A stretch of DNA of 64,000 bases from Anaerolineae bacterium (lineage in GTDB: Bacteria; Chloroflexota; Anaerolineae; DRVO01): assembly GCA_013178015.1 (NCBI GenBank), contig JABLXR010000030.1, forward strand, positions 51,238 through 115,237, read 5' to 3'. The notes below the pieces were generated by a model. The model saw nothing but the letters and a program-made list of their open reading frames with translations. It had not been told where the DNA came from and made no database searches. A program made the translations under genes and the position numbers. Positions 52,443 through 61,276 of this stretch are shown here, piece by piece. The first letter of the stretch is position 1. Every line of letters starts with the position of its first letter.

Positions 52443-54478
52443 GGCCGCATGGCTCCGGGGCGGCAGAGGATGCGGGCCACCGCGGCCAGGCCGTACGCCA
52501 TCCCCGTGAGCAAGGTCAGACCGGTTCCCAGCCGCCGGACGGGCGTGTCCTCGAATACCAGAAGCAGGACATGGCGGCCTTGGGGCACAGGCACGCTGAT
52601 GAGCCCCAGTTCTCCCTCCGGCACGACCGGGGCCGTGCCGGAGACCTCGCCTGTGTCCTCGTCCAGGATGTAGGCGTTCCAGCCGGGGTGGTAGAAGGTG
52701 TGGAAGCGGATGACCTGAGCGTCGTCTTCGGCCTGGAACCACACCCTCTCGTAGGTGGTACCCATCTCCAGCGAATGCACCGCCAGGCGACCGGTAGCGT
52801 AGGCTTGGACGTAGTCCACCTTGGTGGTGATCTCGATCCCGGCCATGATCTGATCTGCCAGCGGCGACCAGCGGGGGATCTCCTGCACCCAGGCGGTGGA
52901 GCCGGTCATCTCATCGGCGCTCTGTTGGAAGCGCATCAGTCCCTGAAGGGACACGGGTCCCTCAGGTGGGGGCCGGACCTCGCTGTGCAAATAGGGGTAG
53001 ACCGGCAGGATGACCAGCAGGGCCCAGAGCCCGGTGAGGGCCAGGGCGCTGCGATCGGGGTGCCAGCGGGTGAAAGGGCCCGTTCCTAGGAAGGCAAGGC
53101 AGACGATGGTGAGCGCCAGCAGTCGCCAGGGGAACTGAGCGAACCTCACTAGCCCCAGGGCATCCCACACTGGTTCGGAGAGGGGGAGCATCAGGAAGAC
53201 GACGCCGAGGGTGACGGCGCCTAGGTACAGGGCACTCCGGCGCCACGCCTGCGGCAGCCGCGGCCAGTAAAGAAGGCTAAGCGCTGCCAGCGTCAGAGGG
53301 GCCAGGCCCAGCTGGAAGGACATGCCATCGTCCGGTCCCGGGAGGCTCACTCCGAACCCCCAGTCGAGGCGGAAGAGCTGGAAGGGATAGACGAAGTGGT
53401 GGCGATACTCGTAGTAGCCACCGACCCACTGGTCGGTGCGGACGTAAGCGTACTCCAGGAAGGCGGGCAGCCAGAAGATGGCGCTCAGCCCCAACCCCAG
53501 GAGCACGGCGCCGGCAGCAGGCGCCATGGTATGGATGGCGTGACCCAGAACCGAGGGCCAGGACTGGCGGGAGAGCGGCCGCCACGTCGGGGTCGAGCGG
53601 CAGAGGTGCCAGGCTCGGAGCAGAGTGTAGCCGCCCAGGATGGGAGAGAAGAGCAGCGCCACCAGGTTGCTGCTCAGCATCAGCCCGGCGTAGGCTAGCC
53701 CAGCCAGCAGAACCCCCGTGACGTTCGGGAGACGATGGGCTCGTCCCAGATCTGCCTGGGCCCCTGCCGTAGGGGCGAACCTTGTGTTCGCCCGTTTCAA
53801 CGCCATGTTCGCCCGCTTGTGCCTCAAGCGGATGCGTTGCGGGCGAACACAAGGTTCGCCCCTACGGTCGGTGGGCCGGGGTGTGGGTTCGGCCGTATGG
53901 TCGCTGGGGTGGGGTGCCATGGGTGGCGCCGGGGAGCGTTGGCGCAGGCCCGGGTAGAGGCGCCCGAAGGCCCAGAGGCACAGGGGCACAAAGGCCAGGG
54001 CCACCGTCTCTGCCAGGGAAGCCCGCACGTAGAGGTCGGCCAGATGATAGGGAGCGTAAAGGTACAAGAGGGCCCCCAGCAGCGCCCCGGGCGGATGGCT
54101 GTAGAGGCGAAGCCACAGGTAGGCCGTGAGGGCCGAGGCCACCGCTGCCAGGCCGAACACCCCCTTGACGGCCTCTACCAGACCCAGACCAAGCAGATGC
54201 AGGGCCTCGCCCAGGTAGGAGGACAGTGGGCCGTAGATGTTGAAGAAGGGATAGCCGTAGCCGAAGGTGAAGTCTGGCGCCCACCGGGGATAGAGGATGC
54301 CGTCCTGGATGGCGCGGTCGAACTGATGCAGGAAGTAGACGCTGTGGCGGGCGTCCTGGGCGCCCCAGTGGTAGCCGGGCATGAACAGGGGCCCGACGCT
54401 GAATAGGGAGAGGGCCAGGAGGAGTAACACCCAGACCCACTCCGGCACCGCCTCTATCGCGGTCCGATCAGTCCTCAC
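52439..54478 (-). CDS. Polytopic GT-C-like membrane protein, paralog 2 of 3, with ~70-aa lineage-specific insertion
   Basis: N-terminal block PGYHWGAQDARHSVYFLHQFDRAIQDGILYPRWAPDFTFGYGYPFFNIYGPLSSY is homologous to paralog 1. The insertion (…PTDRRGEPCVRPQRIRLRHKRANMALKRANTRFAPTAG…) coincides with the palindromic repeat at 53769-53865. Confidence 0.7.
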   Translation of the reverse strand: MRTDRTAIEAVPEWVWVLLLLALSLFSVGPLFMPGYHWGAQDARHSVYFLHQFDRAIQDGILYPRWAPDFTFGYGYPFFNIYGPLSSYLGEALHLLGLGLVEAVKGVFGLAAVASALTAYLWLRLYSHPPGALLGALLYLYAPYHLADLYVRASLAETVALAFVPLCLWAFGRLYPGLRQRSPAPPMAPHPSDHTAEPTPRPTDRRGEPCVRPQRIRLRHKRANMALKRANTRFAPTAGAQADLGRAHRLPNVTGVLLAGLAYAGLMLSSNLVALLFSPILGGYTLLRAWHLCRSTPTWRPLSRQSWPSVLGHAIHTMAPAAGAVLLGLGLSAIFWLPAFLEYAYVRTDQWVGGYYEYRHHFVYPFQLFRLDWGFGVSLPGPDDGMSFQLGLAPLTLAALSLLYWPRLPQAWRRSALYLGAVTLGVVFLMLPLSEPVWDALGLVRFAQFPWRLLALTIVCLAFLGTGPFTRWHPDRSALALTGLWALLVILPVYPYLHSEVRPPPEGPVSLQGLMRFQQSADEMTGSTAWVQEIPRWSPLADQIMAGIEITTKVDYVQAYATGRLAVHSLEMGTTYERVWFQAEDDAQVIRFHTFYHPGWNAYILDEDTGEVSGTAPVVPEGELGLISVPVPQGRHVLLLVFEDTPVRRLGTGLTLLTGMAYGLAAVARILCRPGAMRP
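53769..53865. repeat. Perfect 26-bp inverted repeat pair (GTAGGGGCGAACCTTGTGTTCGCCCG ... CGGGCGAACACAAGGTTCGCCCCTAC) flanking a 45-bp partly palindromic core; MITE/REP-like element embedded in-frame in a coding sequence
   Basis: Read directly. Same 26-mer family as at 2208-2233. Each arm is itself a small hairpin (GGGCGAAC...GTTCGCCC). Confidence 0.7.
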
Positions 54479-56018
54479 GGCCCAGCTCCACCGCGGTGGT
54501 TCCGTCCGACAGGGTCAGCCGTTCCCCCGTTCCCAGGTCATACAGACCCACTAACACCCGATAGCCCTCCCGAGGGCCATCGAGGTCCACGTGGACGAGA
54601 TGGTCGTCCACCACCACTTCGCCCGGGCGCCAGGACGTGGTCGGGCGGGTGCCGTCCACGGGCCAGGAATCGCGCTGGCCCCACTTGCGATCGGCCTGAT
54701 CCACCACGTGCACGAACACGGTGTAGTTGCGCTCCAGGGGCTGGGTGGCTTGCCAGAACAGACGCAGCCTGGGAGTAGCCCCGTGGCGCAAGGGGCCGTG
54801 GAGCTCGGCTCGTACCAGGAGTATGCGTCCGTCGTCGAAGGCCGCCAGGGGGCGGGCGGCCGGCGTCACTGGGCTCAGGGGGACATCCAGAAAGGGCAGG
54901 GCCAGAAGGAGGGCGAGGAGAGCCAGGGCCCCTCCGGAGAGCGCCTGGGTGGGCAAGAGCTGGACCACGGGCGGGGCGGAGGCCCACAGGAGCACGAAGG
55001 AAGCAAGGGCCACCAACTGCCAGGGACCGTCCAGGGCCCATGCGAGGCGCCCTTCCCACAGCGGGCGCGCTAACTCGGTGGACAGGAGCAGCAGCACGAC
55101 AGCGACCGCCCCCACCACGACACACCGGGCGCGGAGACCGGGCTGCACGAGCAGGCACGCGGCGGCGAAGAGCCCGACGGGGAGGAGGCCCAGTGTCAGG
55201 GGAGCGGGTACGCCCGGACCCCAGGGGGCGCTGTGCGCGGCGTAGCCGGCCGTGTGCCCGAGCCACTGGTAAGGCCAACTGAACTGGCGGAACGATGCCG
55301 ACGCAGTGCCCGGTGCGGCGATTAGACCAGCAGTTCCGGTCAGGAGCAGCCCGACCAGTGGCCGCAGGTTCACGCGGCGGTGGGCTACCAGGGCGACGGC
55401 TGCCAGAACCGCCCCGGCGATAAGGGCGAACCCGGGATGGGCTAGCCCCAGCGCCAGGCCCGGCAGTATCGGGGCCACCGAGCGCCACGAGGTTGCGCCC
55501 CCAGGCGCTGGGTAAGCCAAAGCCAGCGCCAGCCAGGGCAGCATCCCGAGGGCGAGGGACCCCCCTGGCCAACCGCGCACGTAGATGGACGCCAGTACCA
55601 TAGGCGAGCCGGCCCAGGCCAAAGCTAACCCAAGCGCAATGCTGCCCCCGGTCGCACCGCTCCGGTGGCCTCGGAAGAGGGCGAGCGCTCCGCCGACGGC
55701 CAAGAGCACGGCCAGGGCGTAGACCGCCTTCACGGCGCTCGGTCCGTCGGCGCCCATCAGGCGGAAGAGGAATGCCAGGCAGTAGGACAGGACGCCGTCG
55801 CCACCTGCAGAGCCAGTTAGGGAGGATGCGGGCAAGCCGTCAATGGGCCGGCCAGCGGCTTCCCAGGCGTAGAGGGTGTACACCGGCTGGAAGCCGGAGT
55901 GGGGCTGGAAGTACCCGGGGTAGCCCAGGGGTGCCAGCAGGAAGCCACTGAGCAGGAGCAGGGAGGCGGCGACGCGCCATCCCTGGCCCGACGCCCTGCG
56001 GTCCGCGGTTGCGCTCAC
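54468..56018 (-). CDS. Polytopic GT-C-like membrane protein, paralog 3 of 3 (more divergent)
   Basis: TM-rich. Shares the GYPGYF...Y..W N-terminal theme. Start chosen as GTG at 56018 to avoid overlap with the HD gene; the ORF is open to 56231. Confidence 0.6.
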   Translation of the reverse strand: MSATADRRASGQGWRVAASLLLLSGFLLAPLGYPGYFQPHSGFQPVYTLYAWEAAGRPIDGLPASSLTGSAGGDGVLSYCLAFLFRLMGADGPSAVKAVYALAVLLAVGGALALFRGHRSGATGGSIALGLALAWAGSPMVLASIYVRGWPGGSLALGMLPWLALALAYPAPGGATSWRSVAPILPGLALGLAHPGFALIAGAVLAAVALVAHRRVNLRPLVGLLLTGTAGLIAAPGTASASFRQFSWPYQWLGHTAGYAAHSAPWGPGVPAPLTLGLLPVGLFAAACLLVQPGLRARCVVVGAVAVVLLLLSTELARPLWEGRLAWALDGPWQLVALASFVLLWASAPPVVQLLPTQALSGGALALLALLLALPFLDVPLSPVTPAARPLAAFDDGRILLVRAELHGPLRHGATPRLRLFWQATQPLERNYTVFVHVVDQADRKWGQRDSWPVDGTRPTTSWRPGEVVVDDHLVHVDLDGPREGYRVLVGLYDLGTGERLTLSDGTTAVELGRED

Positions 56019-56074
56019 GGCCCAGACCGGCGACAGGCGTGGGCAGGAGACGCCAGAGTGTCCAAGCAGGCAGC

Positions 56075-56662
56075 CTAGCCGGGCTCGCCCGCCAGGCCCA
56101 GATCGTCGGCGATGCCCTGCATAGCCTCGAGCACGACGGCTATGTGCTCGTTGAGTTCCACCCCCAGCTCGGCAGCGCCTTGCTCGATGTCCTGCCGGTT
56201 GATGGCGGCAGCGAAGGCTTTGTCCTTCCACTTGTTGCGCACGGACTTCACCTTGACGTCCATGATGGACTTAGAGGGGCGCACCAGGGCCACGGCCGAG
56301 ATGAGCCCGGTAAGCTCGTCCACGGCGAAGAGGGCCTTGCGTAGCAGGGTGTCCCGGGGAACGCCAGCGTACTGAGCGTGGGAGAGGACATCCTGGACGA
56401 CCTCCTCCGGGTAGCCGCGTTCGCGCAGGATGCGGGCCCCGGCGAAGCAGTGCCACCTTTCCTGCGGCAGGTCGCCGCCCATCTCCGGGTGCTGCTCGAA
56501 GTCGAAGTCGTGGACCAGGCCGATAGCGCCCCAGTATTCCTCGTCCTCGCCGAACCGGCGAGCGTAAGCGCGCATAGCTGCCTCCACGGCGAGCATGTGC
56601 CGGCGCAGGCTAAGGCTTTGAATGTGCTCGGTCACCAGGCTCCAGGCCTCGTCACGGGTCAT
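56075..56662 (-). CDS. HD-domain metal-dependent phosphohydrolase
   Basis: H...HD motif (LRRHMLAVEAAM...GLVHDFDF) and downstream conserved His/Asp (HCFAGARIL, AVDEL). Confidence 0.8.
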   Translation of the reverse strand: MTRDEAWSLVTEHIQSLSLRRHMLAVEAAMRAYARRFGEDEEYWGAIGLVHDFDFEQHPEMGGDLPQERWHCFAGARILRERGYPEEVVQDVLSHAQYAGVPRDTLLRKALFAVDELTGLISAVALVRPSKSIMDVKVKSVRNKWKDKAFAAAINRQDIEQGAAELGVELNEHIAVVLEAMQGIADDLGLAGEPG

Positions 56663-56730
56663 GTCTGCTGCTCCGCATGGGATAGGCTATTATGTTCGCC
56701 GCCCGCGGCCCGGGCAACCAGGGGAATGGA

Positions 56731-56807
56731 ACGCTGATGGCGCTGATGGTACGCTGATTTACGCTGATAGATAAAGAGATGACATGGAAGGGTCAGCGGA
56801 GATCAGC
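56731..56807. promoter_or_regulatory. Four phased direct repeats of CGCTGAT(R) at ~10-bp spacing (56732, 56741, 56752, 56762) plus an inverted copy (ATCAGCG ~56801) upstream of the HD-domain gene
   Basis: Read directly (acgctgatgg cgctgatggt acgctgattt acgctgatag). Helical-turn phasing suggests a multimeric regulator binding site. No cognate regulator identified. Confidence 0.4.
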
Positions 56808-56822
56808 GTCCCATCCTCGTCA

Positions 56823-57992
56823 TCAGCGCCCTATGTCCGAGACGTCCATCAGGTACACTTGGCGCTCGCCTTCGTGGGCGGAGTCGAAGCAGACCTGGGT
56901 CCCGTCGCGGCTCCAGCGGGGGTGCAGGTCGGTACGGAACTCGCCGTCCAACTCCGGAGGAGCGTAGAAGCGGCCCACGTCCACGCGGGTGTTGCTCTCT
57001 GGATGGTAGAGCATGAGGGTGCGCTCGCGGGTCTCCCGGTCGGGGTAGGTGTCGTTGAGGATCCACTGCCGGTCGGGGCTGTAGGAGCAGTGGCCATCCT
57101 GAGGCAGTGTGTCGGCTCCTACCACCTCCACTTGGTCGGAACGGTCGCGGTAGAGGTGAAAGTGAGCCTCGCCCCGGTGGCGGGACCAGGCCAGGATGTG
57201 GTCGTCGTCGCGCCAGTCGAAGTGAGAGACGAGCCCCGAGCGCTCCAGTAGCACCAGGTCGCTGCCATCGGGGCGAGCGGTATAGAGTCGAGTCTGGCGG
57301 AAGGGGCCACCGCGGGGGTCGCGCCAGCGATGCAGGAAGAGGAAGCGGCTGCCGGAGGGGTTGAACTGGAGGTGGTTGAACCAGTGCTCGGCGCCATCCA
57401 TGTCCGGCTCCGGCTCGATCTGGCTGATCTGCCGCAGACTGACGATCAGGCGCGACTCCCCGGACTCAAGGTCCATCCAGTAGATGCCGTCCTCAGCGGG
57501 AGCCCGGTCGCCGGCCCAGGGGTCGGGCACGCCGACGTAGCCGTAGCCGGGGCGGGTGCGGGCCACGCGGGAGAAGTTGAGCGTGACCGCCTGTCTGCCA
57601 TCGGCGGAGAGGGCGTAGATGGGCCGGGGAAGCAGGCGGGACTCGCCGCTGTGGACGTCGAGGACGCAGGCGGCGTAGTGATCGCGCTGGCGGGTGTTGA
57701 ACGCGATCAAGCGGTCGGGGGCCGACCCCAACCACTGGAGGTGAGTGCCCTGTTGCCAGTTCCAGGCGGTGGTCTCGGCCAAGGGGCGCCAGGCTCGGTC
57801 TCGCTCCAGGTCCACCATTCCGATGACGGCGATGTCTTCCGGCGTGGGAGGGCGGTGCATGAAGGCTACGCGCAGGGAGAGCAGGTAGCGTCCGGTGGCG
57901 TCCCAGGGGCACTTGTCATAGTAGCCGAAGAAGTGGTACAGGGGGCCCTGGGTGGCCCGCTGAGCGGGGCGGAGAGAGGTAAGGATGGGCAT
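56823..57992 (-). CDS. TolB-like beta-propeller protein, oligogalacturonate-lyase (PL22)-like family
   Basis: N-terminal YHFFGYYDKCPWDATGRYLLSL and C-terminal DLHPRWSRDGTQVCFDSAHEGERQVYLMD blades resemble the Ogl/TolB fold. The internal ATG (ORF-frame arithmetic) removes a non-conserved 106-aa extension. Confidence 0.6.
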   Translation of the reverse strand: MPILTSLRPAQRATQGPLYHFFGYYDKCPWDATGRYLLSLRVAFMHRPPTPEDIAVIGMVDLERDRAWRPLAETTAWNWQQGTHLQWLGSAPDRLIAFNTRQRDHYAACVLDVHSGESRLLPRPIYALSADGRQAVTLNFSRVARTRPGYGYVGVPDPWAGDRAPAEDGIYWMDLESGESRLIVSLRQISQIEPEPDMDGAEHWFNHLQFNPSGSRFLFLHRWRDPRGGPFRQTRLYTARPDGSDLVLLERSGLVSHFDWRDDDHILAWSRHRGEAHFHLYRDRSDQVEVVGADTLPQDGHCSYSPDRQWILNDTYPDRETRERTLMLYHPESNTRVDVGRFYAPPELDGEFRTDLHPRWSRDGTQVCFDSAHEGERQVYLMDVSDIGR

Positions 57993-58312
57993 GGGTGCGC
58001 CTCCTGTGCGGGCATGACCGGACGCGGCTTCGCGCGGCACCCTCCTGCCCCTGGCCGGGTGCCACATGCGTAAGCGGGCGCAGTCAACCGGAGGGCCCAC
58101 GGGAGACCGTCGGCGAGAGGTGCAGGACAAGACACCTTCTGCTGCCGGATCCGCCTCAAGTATAGCGCGGGCAAGGGGATCCCGCAGCTCGAGAGCCATC
58201 GAGCTCACCGCCTGGAGCGAGGGCGGCCGGCGGAGTATAGTATGACCCCGGACAGATGCGGACCGGGACAGCCGGTGCCCGCTCGTCAAGGTGGGTACCA
58301 GGGGAGGCAACG

Positions 58313-59722
58313 ATGTTTCAGAGGGCCCTGCTCAGCGATTCCGATGTGCCAGTACTGGCGGACGCGGTCACGGAGATACTGGAACGCGTGGGGGTGCTGT
58401 GTCAGAACGACGAGATGATGGAGGCGCTGGAAGCGTGGGGCGCTACCGTGGACCGGGGGCGGCAGGAGGTGCGCTTCCCCCGTCGCCTGGTGGAGGAGTT
58501 CGCCTCGGGGCTCCGGGCGGAGTACGGCGGTCGCGACGAGGGGCAGCCCCGACTGAAGGCGCCGGAGCGCCCCGGCCTGGGCACCCAGGTGGCCCAGTTC
58601 TATCTCGATGACGAGACGGGGGAGCGCCGTGGGGGAACGCGCCAGGACCTGATCCGCCTGACCAAGTTCGGCGCCGTCTTGCACCCGGAGCACGCCGTGG
58701 GGCATTCGCTGCTGTTGCAGGACGTACCTCCCCTGGTGGAGCCCCTGGAAGCCGGCCTCATCCTGGCCGAGTACGCCCCCATCCCAGGGGAGCCCTTCGC
58801 CTGGGAGGCGCGGCAGGTGCCCTATCTGCTGGAGATGGGGCACGAGCTGGGGATAGAGAACTGGTTCACGCTAGGAGCCATCTGCTTCTCCCATCCGCTG
58901 CGCTTCGACAAGGACGTGACCGACCGGTTCGTGCTGATGGCCAGGCTGGGCCACCCGATCGGGCTGACGGGCATGCAGGTGGCGGGGGCCACCACGCCTG
59001 TCACCGTGGCCGGCTTCGTGGCCGTGAGTGCAGCCGAGTACGTGGCCACCTGGATCGCGGGGCGGGCTCTCAACCCGTCGGTGCCGCTGAGAGGCAGCAT
59101 CTGGGCAGCCACTCTGGACATGCGCGGAGGCGACGCCAGTTACAGCGCTCCGGACGCCATGCTCCGCGCCTTCGCCCTCAACGAGTTCCTCCGGCGCTGG
59201 TGTGGGTTGGCGGTCTACATCGGAGGCGGGGAGTACGCCAGCGCCAAGGTGCCGGGCCTGTACGCCACCCTGGAGAAAGCCTACAAGGCCCTGACCATCG
59301 CGGCCTTCAGCGGCCACCACCCGCCGATCGGGCAGGGGATGGTGGAGACGGGCAAGAGCATCAGCCTGGTGCAGCTGCTGCTCGATTACGAGATGACTAC
59401 TGCCCTAGAAAGCCTGACGCAGGAGTTCGAGGTCAACGCAGAGACCATCGGGATGGACACCATCCTCGCGGTAGGCTATGGCCTGCAGGGCAGCTACCTG
59501 ACCACCGAGCACACTCTCAGGCATTACCGGGCCAACACCTGGATGCCTCGCTTCGCCGATCGCAGCGGCTATCAGGGCAGCAAGACGGAGGAAGAGGCCC
59601 TGGCCAAGGCGCGGGCGCGGATACAGGAGCTGCTGTCGCAGTATCGCAAGCCGGAACGCGACCCGGCGGTCTTGGAACGGATGCGCGCCGTGGCGGAGCG
59701 GGCACGGCGGGAGCTGCTATAG
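58313..59722 (+). CDS. MttB-superfamily methyltransferase, second paralog (non-pyrrolysine)
   Basis: Alignable along its full length with the 17573-19060 product (e.g. EALEAWGATVD / KALESWGARVD; HSLLLQDVP / HSLLLSDVP). GGGGAGG Shine-Dalgarno before ATG 58313. No internal TAG. Confidence 0.8.
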   Translation: MFQRALLSDSDVPVLADAVTEILERVGVLCQNDEMMEALEAWGATVDRGRQEVRFPRRLVEEFASGLRAEYGGRDEGQPRLKAPERPGLGTQVAQFYLDDETGERRGGTRQDLIRLTKFGAVLHPEHAVGHSLLLQDVPPLVEPLEAGLILAEYAPIPGEPFAWEARQVPYLLEMGHELGIENWFTLGAICFSHPLRFDKDVTDRFVLMARLGHPIGLTGMQVAGATTPVTVAGFVAVSAAEYVATWIAGRALNPSVPLRGSIWAATLDMRGGDASYSAPDAMLRAFALNEFLRRWCGLAVYIGGGEYASAKVPGLYATLEKAYKALTIAAFSGHHPPIGQGMVETGKSISLVQLLLDYEMTTALESLTQEFEVNAETIGMDTILAVGYGLQGSYLTTEHTLRHYRANTWMPRFADRSGYQGSKTEEEALAKARARIQELLSQYRKPERDPAVLERMRAVAERARRELL

Positions 59723-59725
59723 ACC

Positions 59726-59911
59726 GTGGTCACGGACCTGGGAGTGGACCTGCCCGACCCGACCCCCGGCGCACAGGAGCGTCCGGATATGGAGGTACGG
59801 GCGCGTGAAGGCAGGAAGAGCCTGCGGCTGCTGCCGCCCGCTGGCCGGCCGGACAGGGGGAAGAAGGCGAAGCGCAAGCAGGCGAAAAAGTCACGGCGCC
59901 GCAACCGCTAG
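59726..59911 (+). CDS. Questionable small basic protein (61 aa, Lys/Arg-rich C-terminus)
   Basis: GTG start immediately after the MttB stop, no clear Shine-Dalgarno. The AAG/AAA-rich tail is unusual for this GC-rich DNA, which weakly argues for real coding. Confidence 0.25.
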   Translation: MVTDLGVDLPDPTPGAQERPDMEVRAREGRKSLRLLPPAGRPDRGKKAKRKQAKKSRRRNR

Positions 59912-60200
59912 CGGCTTGCCCGGGATACGCCTCTGGCGATTTCCCTGCCGCGGAACTGCCGCACCTGCAGGGCCGGCGGAAGCTCTGCGTCGGAGCCGGT
60001 GGCACGCCGGGCGGCGGGCCGAGCGCCGGTATCGAGTCACCGCCAGCGGGGGCACGAGAAATGGCGCTATGTACCGCGAGTCCTGAACGCGCTGGGGCGG
60101 TGGAGTGCCGGCAGACCTGGTGGGCTCGCCGCTTGCCACTGGCTGCTGGTTGTCTTACTCTTGTGGGGCAATGGGTAAGGTGCTGGCTGGGGGTGGCAAG

Positions 60201-60449
60201 ATGCTGACAACCCTTTCCTCGAAGGGGCAGGTCGTAATACCGAAGGACATCAGGAAGGCCTTGAGGCTTAGCCCAAGGACCAGGTTCCACGTCAGGGTCG
60301 TTGACGGCAGTATCGTCCTGGACCCCATCGGCACCTCGGCGATTGACGCGGCCTGTGGCATGTTCCAGGGGGTGGACCTGCTGTCGGACCTGGAGGAGGA
60401 GCACCGCAGAGAGGTCGCCGCCGATGAGCAAGAGCCGCTTCATCCTTGA
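60201..60449 (+). CDS. AbrB/MazE/SpoVT-family antitoxin
   Basis: Swapped-hairpin motif LSSKGQVVIPKDIRKALRL. Followed by, and overlapping, a PIN-domain gene. Confidence 0.7.
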   Translation: MLTTLSSKGQVVIPKDIRKALRLSPRTRFHVRVVDGSIVLDPIGTSAIDAACGMFQGVDLLSDLEEEHRREVAADEQEPLHP

Positions 60450-60849
60450 CACCTGGGCGATCCTGGCGTTTCTCCAGTCCGAAGAGCCCGCCGTAGCTCG
60501 CGTCAGGGAGCTGCTGACAGATGCCGAAGCGGGCGTGGCCGACGCCTGCATGTCGCTCATCAGCCTGGGCGAGGCGTTCTACATCGTCGCCAGGCGGCGG
60601 GGACGCAAACAGGCGAGAGCCACCGTAGCCGCCATCCGCAGCCTTCCGATCGGCCTTCTGGACGTGGCCGAGGAGCCAGTGCTCGCCGCCGCAGAAGTGA
60701 AGTCCAGGTACGCCATCTCCTATGCAGACGCCTTCGCGGTGGCAGCGGCGGCGGAGTTGGCGGGGACACTCGTCACCGGAGACCCGGAGATCGTGCGTTG
60801 GTGTCACGGGATCGTCGGGATCGAGCCTCTGCGCCGGGCGGGTCGGTAG
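60424..60849 (+). CDS. PIN-domain ribonuclease toxin (VapC-like)
   Basis: Conserved acidic residues in ILDTWAIL..., ...SYADAFAVAAA... and LVTGDPE; 141 aa. Overlaps the antitoxin by 26 nt. Confidence 0.8.
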   Translation: MSKSRFILDTWAILAFLQSEEPAVARVRELLTDAEAGVADACMSLISLGEAFYIVARRRGRKQARATVAAIRSLPIGLLDVAEEPVLAAAEVKSRYAISYADAFAVAAAAELAGTLVTGDPEIVRWCHGIVGIEPLRRAGR

Positions 60850-60913
60850 CCCGCAGCGTGGCGTAACGGACAGCCATTCGCCGGCGCACGCTGTGCCGGG
60901 GCCGGCCGCCTGC

Positions 60914-61195
60914 CTACAGCGTCTCCAACTGGAAGATGCGCTGCTTGTCCGGTTCGGTACGGGTGCTGAGCGCGAGCACCTCAATGCCGACGAGGCACCC
61001 TTCCTCGTCGAAATCGAGGATCACGCCCGACTCGAAGATCGGTGCCTCATCCAGGCGGAGGTAGAGGGTATCACTCTCCCTGTCTGTCTTTGGCTTCACA
61101 GCTCTCTCCGTAGCCTCCGGCCGCAGGGGAACGGTTCGCTGCGAAAGGGCCACGGTCACGGAAGCAGGCAACGCATCTGCATGACGCGGCATCAT
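60914..61195 (-). CDS. DUF2283-family small protein
   Basis: DTLYLRLDE...SGVILDFDEEGCLVGIEVLA matches the DUF2283 pattern. Confidence 0.6.
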   Translation of the reverse strand: MMPRHADALPASVTVALSQRTVPLRPEATERAVKPKTDRESDTLYLRLDEAPIFESGVILDFDEEGCLVGIEVLALSTRTEPDKQRIFQLETL

Positions 61196-61276
61196 ACGTC
61201 ACTGCACGGCTCCACAGCCATACGCCTGCTCGAACAGAAGGCTGAGGAGAGCCGTCGGCACAGTCTGGGCCCGGCG

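Noticed and set aside
54538-55572. 344-aa minus-strand ORF in an alternative frame inside GT-C paralog 3
   Set aside because: Extreme Arg/Pro/Gly content. The annotated frame yields hydrophobic TM segments consistent with its paralogs.
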